Assembly (NCBI GenBank): GCA_963749705.1
Contig: CAVVNQ010000013.1
Span: forward strand, 1 to 50,597
DNA from: an uncultured Chloroflexia bacterium
GTDB lineage: Bacteria > Chloroflexota > Limnocylindria > Limnocylindrales > CSP1-4
Length of the DNA stretch: 50,597 nucleotides
Direction: 5' to 3'
A program made the position numbers and the translations under genes. Shown here one piece after another: positions 34,209-42,827 of the stretch (position 1 is the first letter of the stretch; every line of letters begins with the position of its first letter). The notes beneath the pieces were generated by a model. It had not been told where the DNA came from, did not search any database, and saw only the letters and a list, made by a program, of their open reading frames with translations.

Positions 34209-34251
34209 CGGCGCGATGATACCCGGCCGCTCCACCGCGGGCGACGACCGT

Positions 34252-34280
34252 TTGACAGCCTCACCTCGCGAACGGACACT
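34252..34280 (+). promoter_or_regulatory. Probable sodN promoter
   Basis: TTGACA (34252-34257), 17 nt, GACACT (34275-34280). A leader of about 60 nt ends in GGAGG before the ATG. Confidence 0.6.
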
Positions 34281-34345
34281 TCGAACCAGGGGCCAAAGCC
34301 GGGCCCCATCGCGGCGTTCCCCCGCTGCCCACGCTGGAGGTTCTC

Positions 34346-34777
34346 ATGTCGATCCTGACTCGCTTCATGTCCCCGACGACCGTCGCGCATGCCCACTGCG
34401 ACCTGCCGTGCGGTGTCTACGATCCGGAGCAGGCCCGCATCGAGGCCGAGTCCGTGTACCGGATCATCGAGAAGTACGGCGCCAACGAGGATCCGACCTT
34501 CCGCACCCGCGCGATCGCGATCAAGGAGGAGCGGGCCGACCTGGTCAAGCACCATCTCGACGTCCTGTGGCACGACTACTTCAAGCCCGAGCACGTCGCG
34601 ACCGTGCCCAACCTGCACGAGCTGTTCTGGAACGCGACCAAGCAGGTCTCGAAGGTCAAGGCAGGCACCAGCCTCGATGACGCCAAGAAGCTGCTGGACA
34701 TGATCGACGAGGTCGACGCGGCCTGGAAGGCCACCGGCGGCGAGGGCAAGACCCGCGTGGCCGGCCGCCCCGGCTGA
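34346..34777 (+). CDS. sodN: Nickel superoxide dismutase precursor
   Basis: 16-aa leader ending AHA, then the nickel hook HCDLPCGVYDP. Also LWHDYFK. Confidence 0.97.
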   Translation: MSILTRFMSPTTVAHAHCDLPCGVYDPEQARIEAESVYRIIEKYGANEDPTFRTRAIAIKEERADLVKHHLDVLWHDYFKPEHVATVPNLHELFWNATKQVSKVKAGTSLDDAKKLLDMIDEVDAAWKATGGEGKTRVAGRPG

Positions 34778-34800
34778 TCACCGCTCAGGTGCGAGCACCC

Positions 34801-34828
34801 CGAGGCCCCGTCAGGTGACGGGGCCTCG
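34801..34828 (+). terminator. Strong hairpin between sodN and sodX
   Basis: CGAGGCCCCGTCA-GG-TGACGGGGCCTCG, perfect 13-nt arms, no U-tract. Confidence 0.6.
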
Positions 34829-35318
34829 TCGCGTCCGGGGCGCGTCGCGGACCCAGGCCTGGCGAGCGCGGATCCGCGGCCCGTGGCGGGTGGCCGTGGT
34901 CGAAGGGTCGATGCGCCCCACGATCGACCCCGGCGACTGGCTGCTGGTCGATCCCACGACCGGGCGCTGGCCCCGTCGTGGCGCGATCGTCGTGTTCCGC
35001 GAGCCCGGATCGGACCTGCTGGCGATCAAGCGCGTGGCCGGGCGCCCCGGCGACTGGGTGCCGTTCGCCGACGGCTGGCTGCAGCTGGCCGAGGACGAGG
35101 CGTGGCTGGCGAGCGACGCCGATGACGCGGAGCTCGAGGCCGCCGGGCTCGGGCATGCCGTGGATTCGCGCCAGTACGGGCCGGTGCCGGTCGACGCCCT
35201 GGTCGGCCGGGCGTGGCTCCGGTACTGGCCGGGCCGGCGGATCGGGCCGCTGCGACCGCTCCTCCCGCGCAGGCCGCTGCGTCCCCCGGCGGCACGGATG
35301 CGCGGCGCCGCCCGCTGA
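34815..35318 (+). CDS. sodX: S26-family peptidase, Ni-SOD maturation protease
   Basis: VVEGSMRPT (Ser), IKRV (Lys), DSRQYGPV, and position directly after sodN. Start codon uncertain. Confidence 0.85.
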   Translation: MTGPRRVRGASRTQAWRARIRGPWRVAVVEGSMRPTIDPGDWLLVDPTTGRWPRRGAIVVFREPGSDLLAIKRVAGRPGDWVPFADGWLQLAEDEAWLASDADDAELEAAGLGHAVDSRQYGPVPVDALVGRAWLRYWPGRRIGPLRPLLPRRPLRPPAARMRGAAR

Positions 35319-35404
35319 TCCGGGCTGGCTGGCGAGCGACCCGGATCCGTCGCGCCGGGAGGGACGCTCGCCCGGACGCAGCGGCGGGCTCGTACCATCG
35401 TTCG

Positions 35405-36643
35405 ATGGACGATCTCCGCGCCGCGCTCGGCGCCTTCGATGCCGACGCGCCCCTGGCCGCCGCGCCCGACCCGTGGGACTACCTCCCGATGCCCGAGGTT
35501 CGGGACGGCCCACCGTGGGCGATGCAGGAGATGATCGCCGCGGAGCCGGCCCTGGCCGCTCGCATCGCGCGGCGCCTGCTCGCCGACGGGTCCGCCGCCG
35601 CGCTCGCCGCGGAGATCCGTGAGACGGCGGTGGCTGGCGGACGGGTCGTCGTCACGGGTTGCGGGACGTCGGAGCACGCGGCGATGGCGACCGCGGCGCT
35701 GCTGCGCGACGGATGGCGCCGTGCGGCGCTGCCGGGCTGGGGTCCCGTCCCGGCCCAGGCGTTCGAGCTCGGGCTCGACCCGCCGGCGGACGGGCTCGTC
35801 ATCGGCTGCAGCCACGAGGGCGGGACGGCGGCGACGATCGCGGCGCTCGAGGCGGCCCGGGCGCGTGGCTCGCGCACCGCCGTCGTGACCGCAAGTGCGG
35901 GCGCGCCCGTCGCCGCGGCGGCCGACATCGTGCTGGCCACGGTCGAGATGGATCGCAGCTGGTGCCACACGGTCGGCTACGTCTCGCCGATCGTCGCCGC
36001 CATCGCGACCGCGAGCGTGTTGGCCGGCGACGAGCTCCGCCCGGGGGCGCTCACCCACCGCCTCGTCGATGGCATCGAGGCCGCGCATGGCCGCGGACCG
36101 GACGGCGCCCGTCCCGACGCGACCCTCGCCGCCACGGTCGCGGGCGCGACGCAGCTGCTCGTGATCGCATCGGGCGTCGACCGGACGAGCGCCCGCGAGC
36201 TCGTGCTCAAGGTCGAGGAGGCGAGCTGGCTGCCGTCGGCGATGCGCGATCTCGAGACGTTCCTCCATGGTCACCTCCCCGCGACCGGCCCGCAGACGGC
36301 GTTGCTGCTGGTGCTGCTGGAACGCGACAGCCTCGAGGCACGGGCGAAGCGGGCGCGGCAGGCCCTGGCGGCGGCTGCGGCGCTGGGCATCCGGCCGGGC
36401 GCGATCCTGGGCGCCGACGCGGCCGCGCTGATCCCCGACGACCTGACACCGGGCGGGCGGATCGTGGTCCCCGAAGCACCGGGTCTCGACAACGCAGCGG
36501 CGGCGCTGCTCGGTGCCGCGGGTCCGCTCCAGCTGGTGACGCTCGAGATCGCGGCGGCCCGCGGGACGAACCCCGACGCGATCCGCCGCGACGACGCGAC
36601 GTACCTGCGGGCCGCCGAGCTCGCTGACGCGCCCGACGCGTAG
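35405..36643 (+). CDS. Double SIS-domain protein (GlmS/AgaS/FrlB-like, no glutaminase domain)
   Basis: MQEMIAAEP, TGCGTSEHAA, CSHEGGT, ELVLKVEE, ETFLHG, RGTNPD. Confidence 0.85.
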   Translation: MDDLRAALGAFDADAPLAAAPDPWDYLPMPEVRDGPPWAMQEMIAAEPALAARIARRLLADGSAAALAAEIRETAVAGGRVVVTGCGTSEHAAMATAALLRDGWRRAALPGWGPVPAQAFELGLDPPADGLVIGCSHEGGTAATIAALEAARARGSRTAVVTASAGAPVAAAADIVLATVEMDRSWCHTVGYVSPIVAAIATASVLAGDELRPGALTHRLVDGIEAAHGRGPDGARPDATLAATVAGATQLLVIASGVDRTSARELVLKVEEASWLPSAMRDLETFLHGHLPATGPQTALLLVLLERDSLEARAKRARQALAAAAALGIRPGAILGADAAALIPDDLTPGGRIVVPEAPGLDNAAAALLGAAGPLQLVTLEIAAARGTNPDAIRRDDATYLRAAELADAPDA

Positions 36644-36686
36644 CGCGGGGGCGCCAACGGGTCGGCTCTCCGGGCCGGGACGACGG

Positions 36687-37646
36687 CTAGCCGAACAGCG
36701 CCTCGGCCGCCAGGTCGATCAGGTCGAGATCGCGCGGCAGGAAGTCCTGGAGCATGATCCGCTCCACACCGGCCGCCTCGAACTGCTCGATCCTGGCGCG
36801 CGCCTCGTCCGGCGTGCCGTGGACCCAGCGCGCCCGGCGCGGCTCGAACCAGGTCTCGCCGGAACCCTCCTCGTCGAACGCCTGGAGCAGCTCGGCCTCG
36901 CGCCGGCGGACCTCGTCCCGATCCCGCCCGATGAGCACGCCGGCCATCGCCGAATGGACCAGGGTCGCAGGATCGCGCCCGGCTGCGCGCAGCACGTCGT
37001 CGAGGGCGGCGAACTTGCGGATGCTCAGCTGGGGGCTGGCGGACGACAGGTTGAACTCGTCGGCGAACCGAGCGGCGATCCGGTACGAGCGCGGAGATCC
37101 CTCGCCGCCGACGATGATCGGTGGCCGTCCCTCGTCCCGGCCGGGGATCGACCCCGCCCTCGGCCGGAACCGCGCGTCCTCGATCGCGTAGTGCGTGCCC
37201 AGGAACGACCAGCCGTCGGGGCCCTCCCACAGCCCATGGAGGATCTCCAGCGTCTCCTCGAGCATGTCGGCGCGCTCGGTGATCTCGGGGAACGGGAACC
37301 CATGGCGCCGGTGCTCGCCGTCGTGCCAGCCCGCCCCCACTCCCAGCTCGATCCGGCCGCGGCTCATCTCGTCGACTGTGATCACGACCTTGGCCAGGTT
37401 GCCGGGCGTCCGGAAGGTGACCGGCGACACGAGCACCCCCAGCCGGATCCTGGTGGTCTCCCGGGCGAGCCCTGCCACCACCGCCCAGGCGTCGGTCGTG
37501 GGCATGTCGGCCGGCCCCGGGAAGCTCTCGTAGTGGTCCGATCGGAACAGCGCCTCGAACCCGGCGGCCTCGGCGCGCCGGGCCACGGCGAGCTGCTCCT
37601 CGTAGCTCAGCCCCTGCTGGGGCTCGATCATCAGGGCGAAGCGCAC
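36687..37646 (-). CDS. LLM-class, probably F420-dependent oxidoreductase
   Basis: MIEPQQG, GFEALFRSDHY, TDAW, LGVLVSPVTFR.P..LAK...TVDEMS.GRIELGVGAGW, AARFADEFN. Confidence 0.9.
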   Translation of the reverse strand: MRFALMIEPQQGLSYEEQLAVARRAEAAGFEALFRSDHYESFPGPADMPTTDAWAVVAGLARETTRIRLGVLVSPVTFRTPGNLAKVVITVDEMSRGRIELGVGAGWHDGEHRRHGFPFPEITERADMLEETLEILHGLWEGPDGWSFLGTHYAIEDARFRPRAGSIPGRDEGRPPIIVGGEGSPRSYRIAARFADEFNLSSASPQLSIRKFAALDDVLRAAGRDPATLVHSAMAGVLIGRDRDEVRRREAELLQAFDEEGSGETWFEPRRARWVHGTPDEARARIEQFEAAGVERIMLQDFLPRDLDLIDLAAEALFG

Positions 37647-37679
37647 GATGTTTCCTCCGTGCCACGCGAATGGTTCCGC

Positions 37680-37710
37680 TTGACAGAACTATTCGTCTGG
37701 CGTAAATACT
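37680..37710 (+). promoter_or_regulatory. marR promoter with candidate operator
   Basis: TTGACA at 37680-37685 and an AT-rich -10 region TAAATACT (37703-37710) 7 nt before the ATG. Imperfect inverted repeat TATT-N11-AATA at 37690-37708. Confidence 0.55.
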
Positions 37711-37717
37711 TCACTTC

Positions 37718-38308
37718 ATGCGAACCACTACCACCCGGCTCGAGCCGGGAGCCAACCGCGCCGCGGTCGAGAGCGTGCTCTCCGACCTCGGTCGTGCCGT
37801 CGGCTCCCTGCGATGCGCCGGGTCACAGCGCCTCGTGCGGATGGGCGTCAGCATGACCCATTTTCACGTGCTCACGCTGCTCCGTCACCACGACGCGATG
37901 CCGATGGGCCACCTGGCCGAGATCCTCGACGCCTCGATGTCGAGCGCGACCGGGATCATCGACCGGATGGAGGAGCGCGGGCTCGTGGAGCGCGTGCGCG
38001 TCCCCGACGACCGCCGCGTGGTCATGGTCCGGCCGACCCAGACCGGGCTGGACCTGGTCGATGAGGTGGAGCTGGTCAAGAGCGACGTGATGGCCGCCGC
38101 CCTCTCGCGGCTCCCGGCCGATCGCCTCGACCGGATGGCGGCCGCGGTGGCGGACCTCGAGTCGGCGATCTCGACCGAGCTCGCCAGCGCGCCGGACCGC
38201 TACGCCGCCCTCACCCAGTGCGAGCATGCCCACGAAACCCACCACGGCCACGCGCACGTCAGCGTCACGGCCGCCGCGTCCCCAATCCCCGGCCCTGCCG
38301 GCTCCTGA
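37718..38308 (+). CDS. MarR-family regulator with His-rich C-terminal tail
   Basis: SMTHFHVL, LAEILDASMSSATGIIDRMEERGLVER...DDRR..V.PT.G. Tail CEHAHETHHGHAH. Confidence 0.92.
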   Translation: MRTTTTRLEPGANRAAVESVLSDLGRAVGSLRCAGSQRLVRMGVSMTHFHVLTLLRHHDAMPMGHLAEILDASMSSATGIIDRMEERGLVERVRVPDDRRVVMVRPTQTGLDLVDEVELVKSDVMAAALSRLPADRLDRMAAAVADLESAISTELASAPDRYAALTQCEHAHETHHGHAHVSVTAAASPIPGPAGS

Positions 38309-38322
38309 CGAAAGGAACCCCC

Positions 38323-40056
38323 TTGGAAGCCATGCCCATCGGGCACGATGACGCGCCCACGCACGGATTCGGTGCCCTCGACCTCGACCACCGCGCAAAG
38401 ATGGAGATCCTGTTCGCCATCCTGCTCGGGCTGTTCCTGGGCGCGCTCGACCAGACCATCGTCGCGGTCGCGCTGCCCACGATCGTCACCGACCTGGGCG
38501 GCCAGTCGCTGCTCACGTGGACGATCACCATCTACCTCCTGACCTCGACGATCACCGTCCCGTTCTACGGCAAGCTGTCCGACCTCTACGGCCGCAAGCC
38601 GCTGCTGATGATCGGGATCACCCTGTTCCTGACCGGGTCGGTCCTGTCCGGCCTGAGCCAGGACATGACCCAGCTGATCGCGTTCCGCGGCGTCCAGGGC
38701 CTCGGAGCCGGCGCCCTGTTCCCGATCTCGCTGGCCGTCATCGGCGACCTGTTCACCCCCGCCGAGCGGGGCAAGTACCAGGGCCTGTTCGGAGCCGTGT
38801 TCGGGGTCAGCTCGATCGTGGGCCCGCTCCTGGGCGGCTTCCTCACCGAGCACGTGAGCTGGCACTGGATCTTCTTCGTCAACCTGCCCATCGGGATCAT
38901 CGCGCTCGCCGTCATCTGGCACCTGCTGCCGACGGTCAAGCGGCCCGATGCGTCGCGCAACCTCGACTTCGCGGGCGCCGGCGTGTTCATCGTCGCGGTG
39001 GGCTCGCTGCTCATCGGCCTGACCAACAAGCAGACCGCGGACTGGGCCGACTTCGGGGTCGGTGGCCTGATCCTGATCGGGCTCGCCCTGGGTGCGCTGT
39101 TCGTGTTCGTCGAGTCGCGTGCCAAGGAGCCCATCGTCCCGCTCCACCTGTGGAAGGAGCGCACCTACGCGACATCGATCATCGCGACGTTCCTGATCAG
39201 CTTCGGCTTCTTCGGCGCCGCGGTGTTCCTGCCCCAGTGGTTCCAGTTCGTCCAGGGCGCCTCGCCGACCAACTCGGGGCTGTACTCCCTGGCGCTCCTG
39301 GCGGGCCTGATCCTGAGCTCGGTCGCCTCCGGCTTCCTCGTGTCCAAGACCCGGAAGTACAAGGCGATCATCCTCGTTGGGCTGGCCGGGATGGCCGTCG
39401 GGCTGTGGCTGATGTCCAACATCCGCGCCGACACGCCGCTCCCGGTCCTGTGGGCCTGGATGTTCGTGGCCGGCCTGGGCATCGGGCCCACGCTGTCCGT
39501 GTTCACGATCGTCGTCCAGAACGCGGTTCCCATCCGGGAGCTCGGAGTCGCGACGTCGAACCTGACGTTCTTCCGCCAGGTCGGCGGCTCGGTCGGGCTG
39601 GCGCTGCTGGGCACCGTGTTCGCCAACAAGTTCAGCGACGCGATCAAGCCCGAGATGCTGACCGCGGGCGTCCCGCAGCAGCTCGTCGACCAGTTCGGGG
39701 CAGCAAGCGGTGGCAACGCGACCAGCCTGATCGACGTCGGCCAGGGCGACGCGGGTGCGGCGCTGCTGGCCAACGTCCCGGCGGCGTTCCGGCCGACCGT
39801 CGAGCCGTTCGTCCCGAACATCCTGGCCGGGCTGCACCAGGCGCTGAGCCTGGCGATCGCCGAGGTGTTCCTGATCGGCGTCGGCACCACCATCGTGGCG
39901 CTCGCGGTCGCCGCGTTCATGCGCGAGCTCCCGCTGCGCACGACGATGGGCGTTCGACGCCCGGAGCCGGCCGACGAGGGCGCCGCGGACGACGTGGACG
40001 CCGCCTTCGGCGGCGAGTCCGCGGCGATGGTGGCGACGGTCCCGGCGCTCGATTGA
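38323..40056 (+). CDS. MFS DHA2 (14-TM) drug:H+ antiporter-family transporter
   Basis: LDQTIVAVALP, GKLSDLYGRK, FRGVQGLGAG, GPLLGG, WIFFVNLPIG, RQVGGSVG. TTG start after AAAGGA (alternative ATG 38332). Confidence 0.93.
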   Translation: MEAMPIGHDDAPTHGFGALDLDHRAKMEILFAILLGLFLGALDQTIVAVALPTIVTDLGGQSLLTWTITIYLLTSTITVPFYGKLSDLYGRKPLLMIGITLFLTGSVLSGLSQDMTQLIAFRGVQGLGAGALFPISLAVIGDLFTPAERGKYQGLFGAVFGVSSIVGPLLGGFLTEHVSWHWIFFVNLPIGIIALAVIWHLLPTVKRPDASRNLDFAGAGVFIVAVGSLLIGLTNKQTADWADFGVGGLILIGLALGALFVFVESRAKEPIVPLHLWKERTYATSIIATFLISFGFFGAAVFLPQWFQFVQGASPTNSGLYSLALLAGLILSSVASGFLVSKTRKYKAIILVGLAGMAVGLWLMSNIRADTPLPVLWAWMFVAGLGIGPTLSVFTIVVQNAVPIRELGVATSNLTFFRQVGGSVGLALLGTVFANKFSDAIKPEMLTAGVPQQLVDQFGAASGGNATSLIDVGQGDAGAALLANVPAAFRPTVEPFVPNILAGLHQALSLAIAEVFLIGVGTTIVALAVAAFMRELPLRTTMGVRRPEPADEGAADDVDAAFGGESAAMVATVPALD

Positions 40057-40079
40057 GCGGGCACGGAACGCGAGCGGCG

Positions 40080-40556
40080 ATGATCGACGTCCTCGCGTTC
40101 CCGCCCGACCTGCTCGCGCCAGGCGCTGCTGGAGCGGCGTTCCGACCGGCGCTGCGGGTGACCGAGCTCCCGCCGGGCAGCCTCCGTCGGGTCTCGTTCG
40201 GCGATCTCGACGTCCTGCTCGCCCACACCGACCTCGGCGTGTGCGCCGTCGACGACCGCTGCCCGCACATGGCGGCACCACTGTCGCTGGGCGATCTCGA
40301 CGGGTGCGTCGTGGGCTGTCCGCTTCACAACGGTCGGTTCGACCTGGCGTCCGGCGACCCGGTGCAGATGCCCACCACCGGCGGGCTGTGGCCCGACGGC
40401 CGGTACGAGCCGGTGTGGGCGCCGCCGGATCGCGAGCTCCGGCCGGACCCGCCGGGCAAGAAGAGCGAGGCCCGCCGAGCGACGCGGATCCGGCGCATCC
40501 GCTACTACCCGGTGCGCGTCGTGGACGGTGTCATCGAGGTCGCCGTCCCGATCTGA
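40080..40556 (+). CDS. Rieske [2Fe-2S] ferredoxin-type protein with internal insertion
   Basis: DRCPH...LSLG...VGCPLH..RFDL.SG, and C-terminal YPVRVVDG.IEV. Confidence 0.85.
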   Translation: MIDVLAFPPDLLAPGAAGAAFRPALRVTELPPGSLRRVSFGDLDVLLAHTDLGVCAVDDRCPHMAAPLSLGDLDGCVVGCPLHNGRFDLASGDPVQMPTTGGLWPDGRYEPVWAPPDRELRPDPPGKKSEARRATRIRRIRYYPVRVVDGVIEVAVPI

Positions 40557-40592
40557 GGCCCCGGTCGGGATCCGGCCGCGGCACGAGGGGGA

Positions 40593-41408
40593 TCAGGCGC
40601 CCGGGGCCGGCTCCCCCGGTACGATCCCGTTTGCCTCCGTGTAGGCCGTGATGATCGCGATGGCCTCATCGGGATCGTCGGTGATCCTGAGCAGGTCGAG
40701 GTCAGCCTGGTTGATCGCGCCGGCCGGGAGCTGGACGTCGCGCATCCAGGCCACGAGCCGGTCCCAGTAGGCATGCCCGATCAGGACCACCGGGAAGTGC
40801 CGGATCTTGCCCGTCTGGATCAGGGTCAGCGATTCGAACAGCTCGTCGAGGGTGCCGAACCCACCGGGAAGGATCACGAACGCGTCCGAGTACTTGACGA
40901 ACATCGTCTTGCGGGCGAAGAAGTAGTGGAACTCGACCGACAGGTCGACGTACGGGTTGATGTGCTGCTCGTGCGGCAGCTCGACGTTGCAGCCGATCGA
41001 CAGGCCCCCGGCCTCCTGGGCGCCCCGGTTGGCCGCCTCCATCACTCCCGGCCCGCCGCCGGTGATGACCGCGAACCCCGCCCTGGCGATGGCGCCGCCG
41101 ATGCGCCGGGCCTGCACGTACGTGGGGTCGTCCTCGGCGCACCGCGCGGAGCCGAACACGGCCACCGCCGGTCCCACCCTGGCCAGCGACTCGAAGCCCT
41201 CGACGAACTCGGACAGGATCCGGAGGGCGCGCCAGGTGTCGGTCTCGAGGAACGCCGGGCGCGGGCCGGCGTGGCCGCCCAGGAGCTTCTCGTCCTCGGT
41301 CGCGCGCGGACCGCCGAGCCGGGCAGCCACCTCGGGTCGCATCGTGACCCGGCCGTGGCGGGAGGTGCGGGGCGTGGGCGCGCGGCCGGAGCTGTCATCG
41401 TGGGTCAT
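40593..41408 (-). CDS. LOG-family nucleotide phosphoribohydrolase (TIGR00730-type)
   Basis: VFGSAR, ITGGGPGVMEAANRGA, YFFARK, PGGFGTLDE. Confidence 0.93.
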   Translation of the reverse strand: MTHDDSSGRAPTPRTSRHGRVTMRPEVAARLGGPRATEDEKLLGGHAGPRPAFLETDTWRALRILSEFVEGFESLARVGPAVAVFGSARCAEDDPTYVQARRIGGAIARAGFAVITGGGPGVMEAANRGAQEAGGLSIGCNVELPHEQHINPYVDLSVEFHYFFARKTMFVKYSDAFVILPGGFGTLDELFESLTLIQTGKIRHFPVVLIGHAYWDRLVAWMRDVQLPAGAINQADLDLLRITDDPDEAIAIITAYTEANGIVPGEPAPGA

Positions 41409-41504
41409 GCGATCCGTAGCATGCCACCGCGGGCACTGGGGATGCTCCGGTCACGGGGTGGATGGATCCCGCCCCGCTGAATCGGGACGTGGCGCCGGGT
41501 CGGC

Positions 41505-41589
41505 GCGATGAGCGGGGCCGGTGCGATGAGCCGGGCCGCGCGATGAGCGGGGCCGGTGCGATCAGCAGGGCCGCGCGATCAGCGGGGCC
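41505..41589. repeat. Tandem repeat of alternating 18/17-bp units, about 5 copies, overlapping a stop codon
   Basis: GCGAT(G/C)AGC(G/C/A)GGGCCG(GT/C) at 41505, 41523, 41540, 41558 and 41575. Confidence 0.9.
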
Positions 41590-41971
41590 CCGCCAGCCAG
41601 GCGCGCCAGGTCGCCTCGTCCTTGCCGACCGTGACGGCGTCCCCGTAGCGGACCAGCGGCAGCCGGAGGAGCCGCACGTCCCCCAGCAGCCGAGCGGTGG
41701 TCCCGGCGGCATCGGGAGACAGATACGCAAGCCCGGCCTCCCGGTAGGCGCGACTCTCCGTGTCGAGCAGCGCTGCCGCCCCCAGGCGGTCGATGAACCG
41801 CCGCAGCTCGCCCGCGGCGATCGGCTTCTTTCGGAGGTCGACGTAATGGACGACGATCCGCCGCTCGCGGAAGAACCGGAGCGCCGCGCGTGTCGGGTTC
41901 GAGTCGTCCATGCCGAACACCTGGATGTTGGGCATCTTCTTCGTCGGCGTCTTGCCCAGCGGGGCCGGCAT
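41579..41971 (-). CDS. ArsC/Spx/MgsR-family protein lacking cysteines
   Basis: IQVFG....TRAALRFF.ER.I....VDL..KPI..GEL.RF...LLRLPLVR.G...TVG. Alternative start at 41935 (MPNIQ). Confidence 0.8.
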   Translation of the reverse strand: MPAPLGKTPTKKMPNIQVFGMDDSNPTRAALRFFRERRIVVHYVDLRKKPIAAGELRRFIDRLGAAALLDTESRAYREAGLAYLSPDAAGTTARLLGDVRLLRLPLVRYGDAVTVGKDEATWRAWLAGPR

Positions 41972-41975
41972 CGGG

Positions 41976-42500
41976 TCAGGCGCCCGCGGCGGTCCCGGCG
42001 GCCGCGGCGGCCTCGGTGGCATCGGCCGGAGCCGGGTGGGTCGCGGGCTCCAGGGCGATGACCGGGATCCGGCGTGCCGTCCGGCGCTGGTACACGGCGA
42101 ACCCGCGATAGGCCTCGACCGCGAGACGCCACAGCCGGAACCGCTCGTCGCCATCGACCTCCCGCGCCACCACCGGCCGCAGCTCCGTCCCGACGCGGAC
42201 CTCGACCTCGGGATGCGCGCGGAGGTTCGCGACCCAGGCCGGCTCACGCTCGCCGCCCCCATTCGACCCGATCACGACCAGCCGGTCGCCGTCCTCGAGC
42301 GCGAACAATGGGATCTCCCGGCGCTGCCCGGTCCGCCGTCCGGTCTCGACCAGGACCACGTTGCGCATCCCGAAGCTGCGACCGACGAACCAGCGGCCGC
42401 CGACGAGGCGATAGGCGATCGGGTGGAGCCGGGTCAGGACCCGGTTCGTGCCCACGATGCCAATGAATCGGTAGTAGGCGACGGAATGTCGTTTCGGCAT
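41976..42500 (-). CDS. Deazaflavin (F420H2)-dependent nitro/quinone reductase (Ddn family)
   Basis: LVETGRRTG..R.IPL, VIGSNGG....PAWVANLRAHP, YQRRT.R.IPV..LEP. Confidence 0.9.
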   Translation of the reverse strand: MPKRHSVAYYRFIGIVGTNRVLTRLHPIAYRLVGGRWFVGRSFGMRNVVLVETGRRTGQRREIPLFALEDGDRLVVIGSNGGGEREPAWVANLRAHPEVEVRVGTELRPVVAREVDGDERFRLWRLAVEAYRGFAVYQRRTARRIPVIALEPATHPAPADATEAAAAAGTAAGA

Positions 42501-42552
42501 GGACCGCAGGGTAACTCGCCGCCCGCGTACCATGGGCGGCCAGGAGGTTCCC

Positions 42553-42825
42553 GTGACGATCTGGTTTACCGTCCAGCTCGACGACCGCCCCGGCGCCCTG
42601 GCTCGCGTCGCCCAGGCCCTGGCGGATCGAAGCGTCAACATCACCGGCATCGTCGGGGTCGCCGAGGACACCGACGGCGCGCTCATGCTCACCACCAGCG
42701 ACGCTGCGGCCACCCGCGAGGCGTTCACCGCGCTCGGGATCGCGTTCGAGGAGCACGACCCGACCGGCAGTGCCGAGCCCAGCGGCATGTCCATCGCCGA
42801 CGTCGTGGCCGGACGCCTGGCCTGA
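42553..42825 (+). CDS. Stand-alone ACT-domain protein (90 aa)
   Basis: VQLDDRPGALARVAQALA..SVNI. AGGAGG RBS precedes the GTG. Confidence 0.82.
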   Translation: MTIWFTVQLDDRPGALARVAQALADRSVNITGIVGVAEDTDGALMLTTSDAAATREAFTALGIAFEEHDPTGSAEPSGMSIADVVAGRLA

Positions 42826-42827
42826 CC

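Noticed and set aside
38517-40079. Long N-terminal extension of the Rieske ferredoxin (679-aa ORF)
   Set aside because: It is an off-frame reading of the MFS gene; the real start is ATG 40080.
40593-41408. Lysine decarboxylase
   Set aside because: This is a known misannotation of LOG-family proteins. There is no PLP-lysine motif, and PGGxGTxxE is present.
41579-41971. Functional arsenate reductase or arsenic-resistance locus
   Set aside because: There is no catalytic cysteine and no ars genes nearby.
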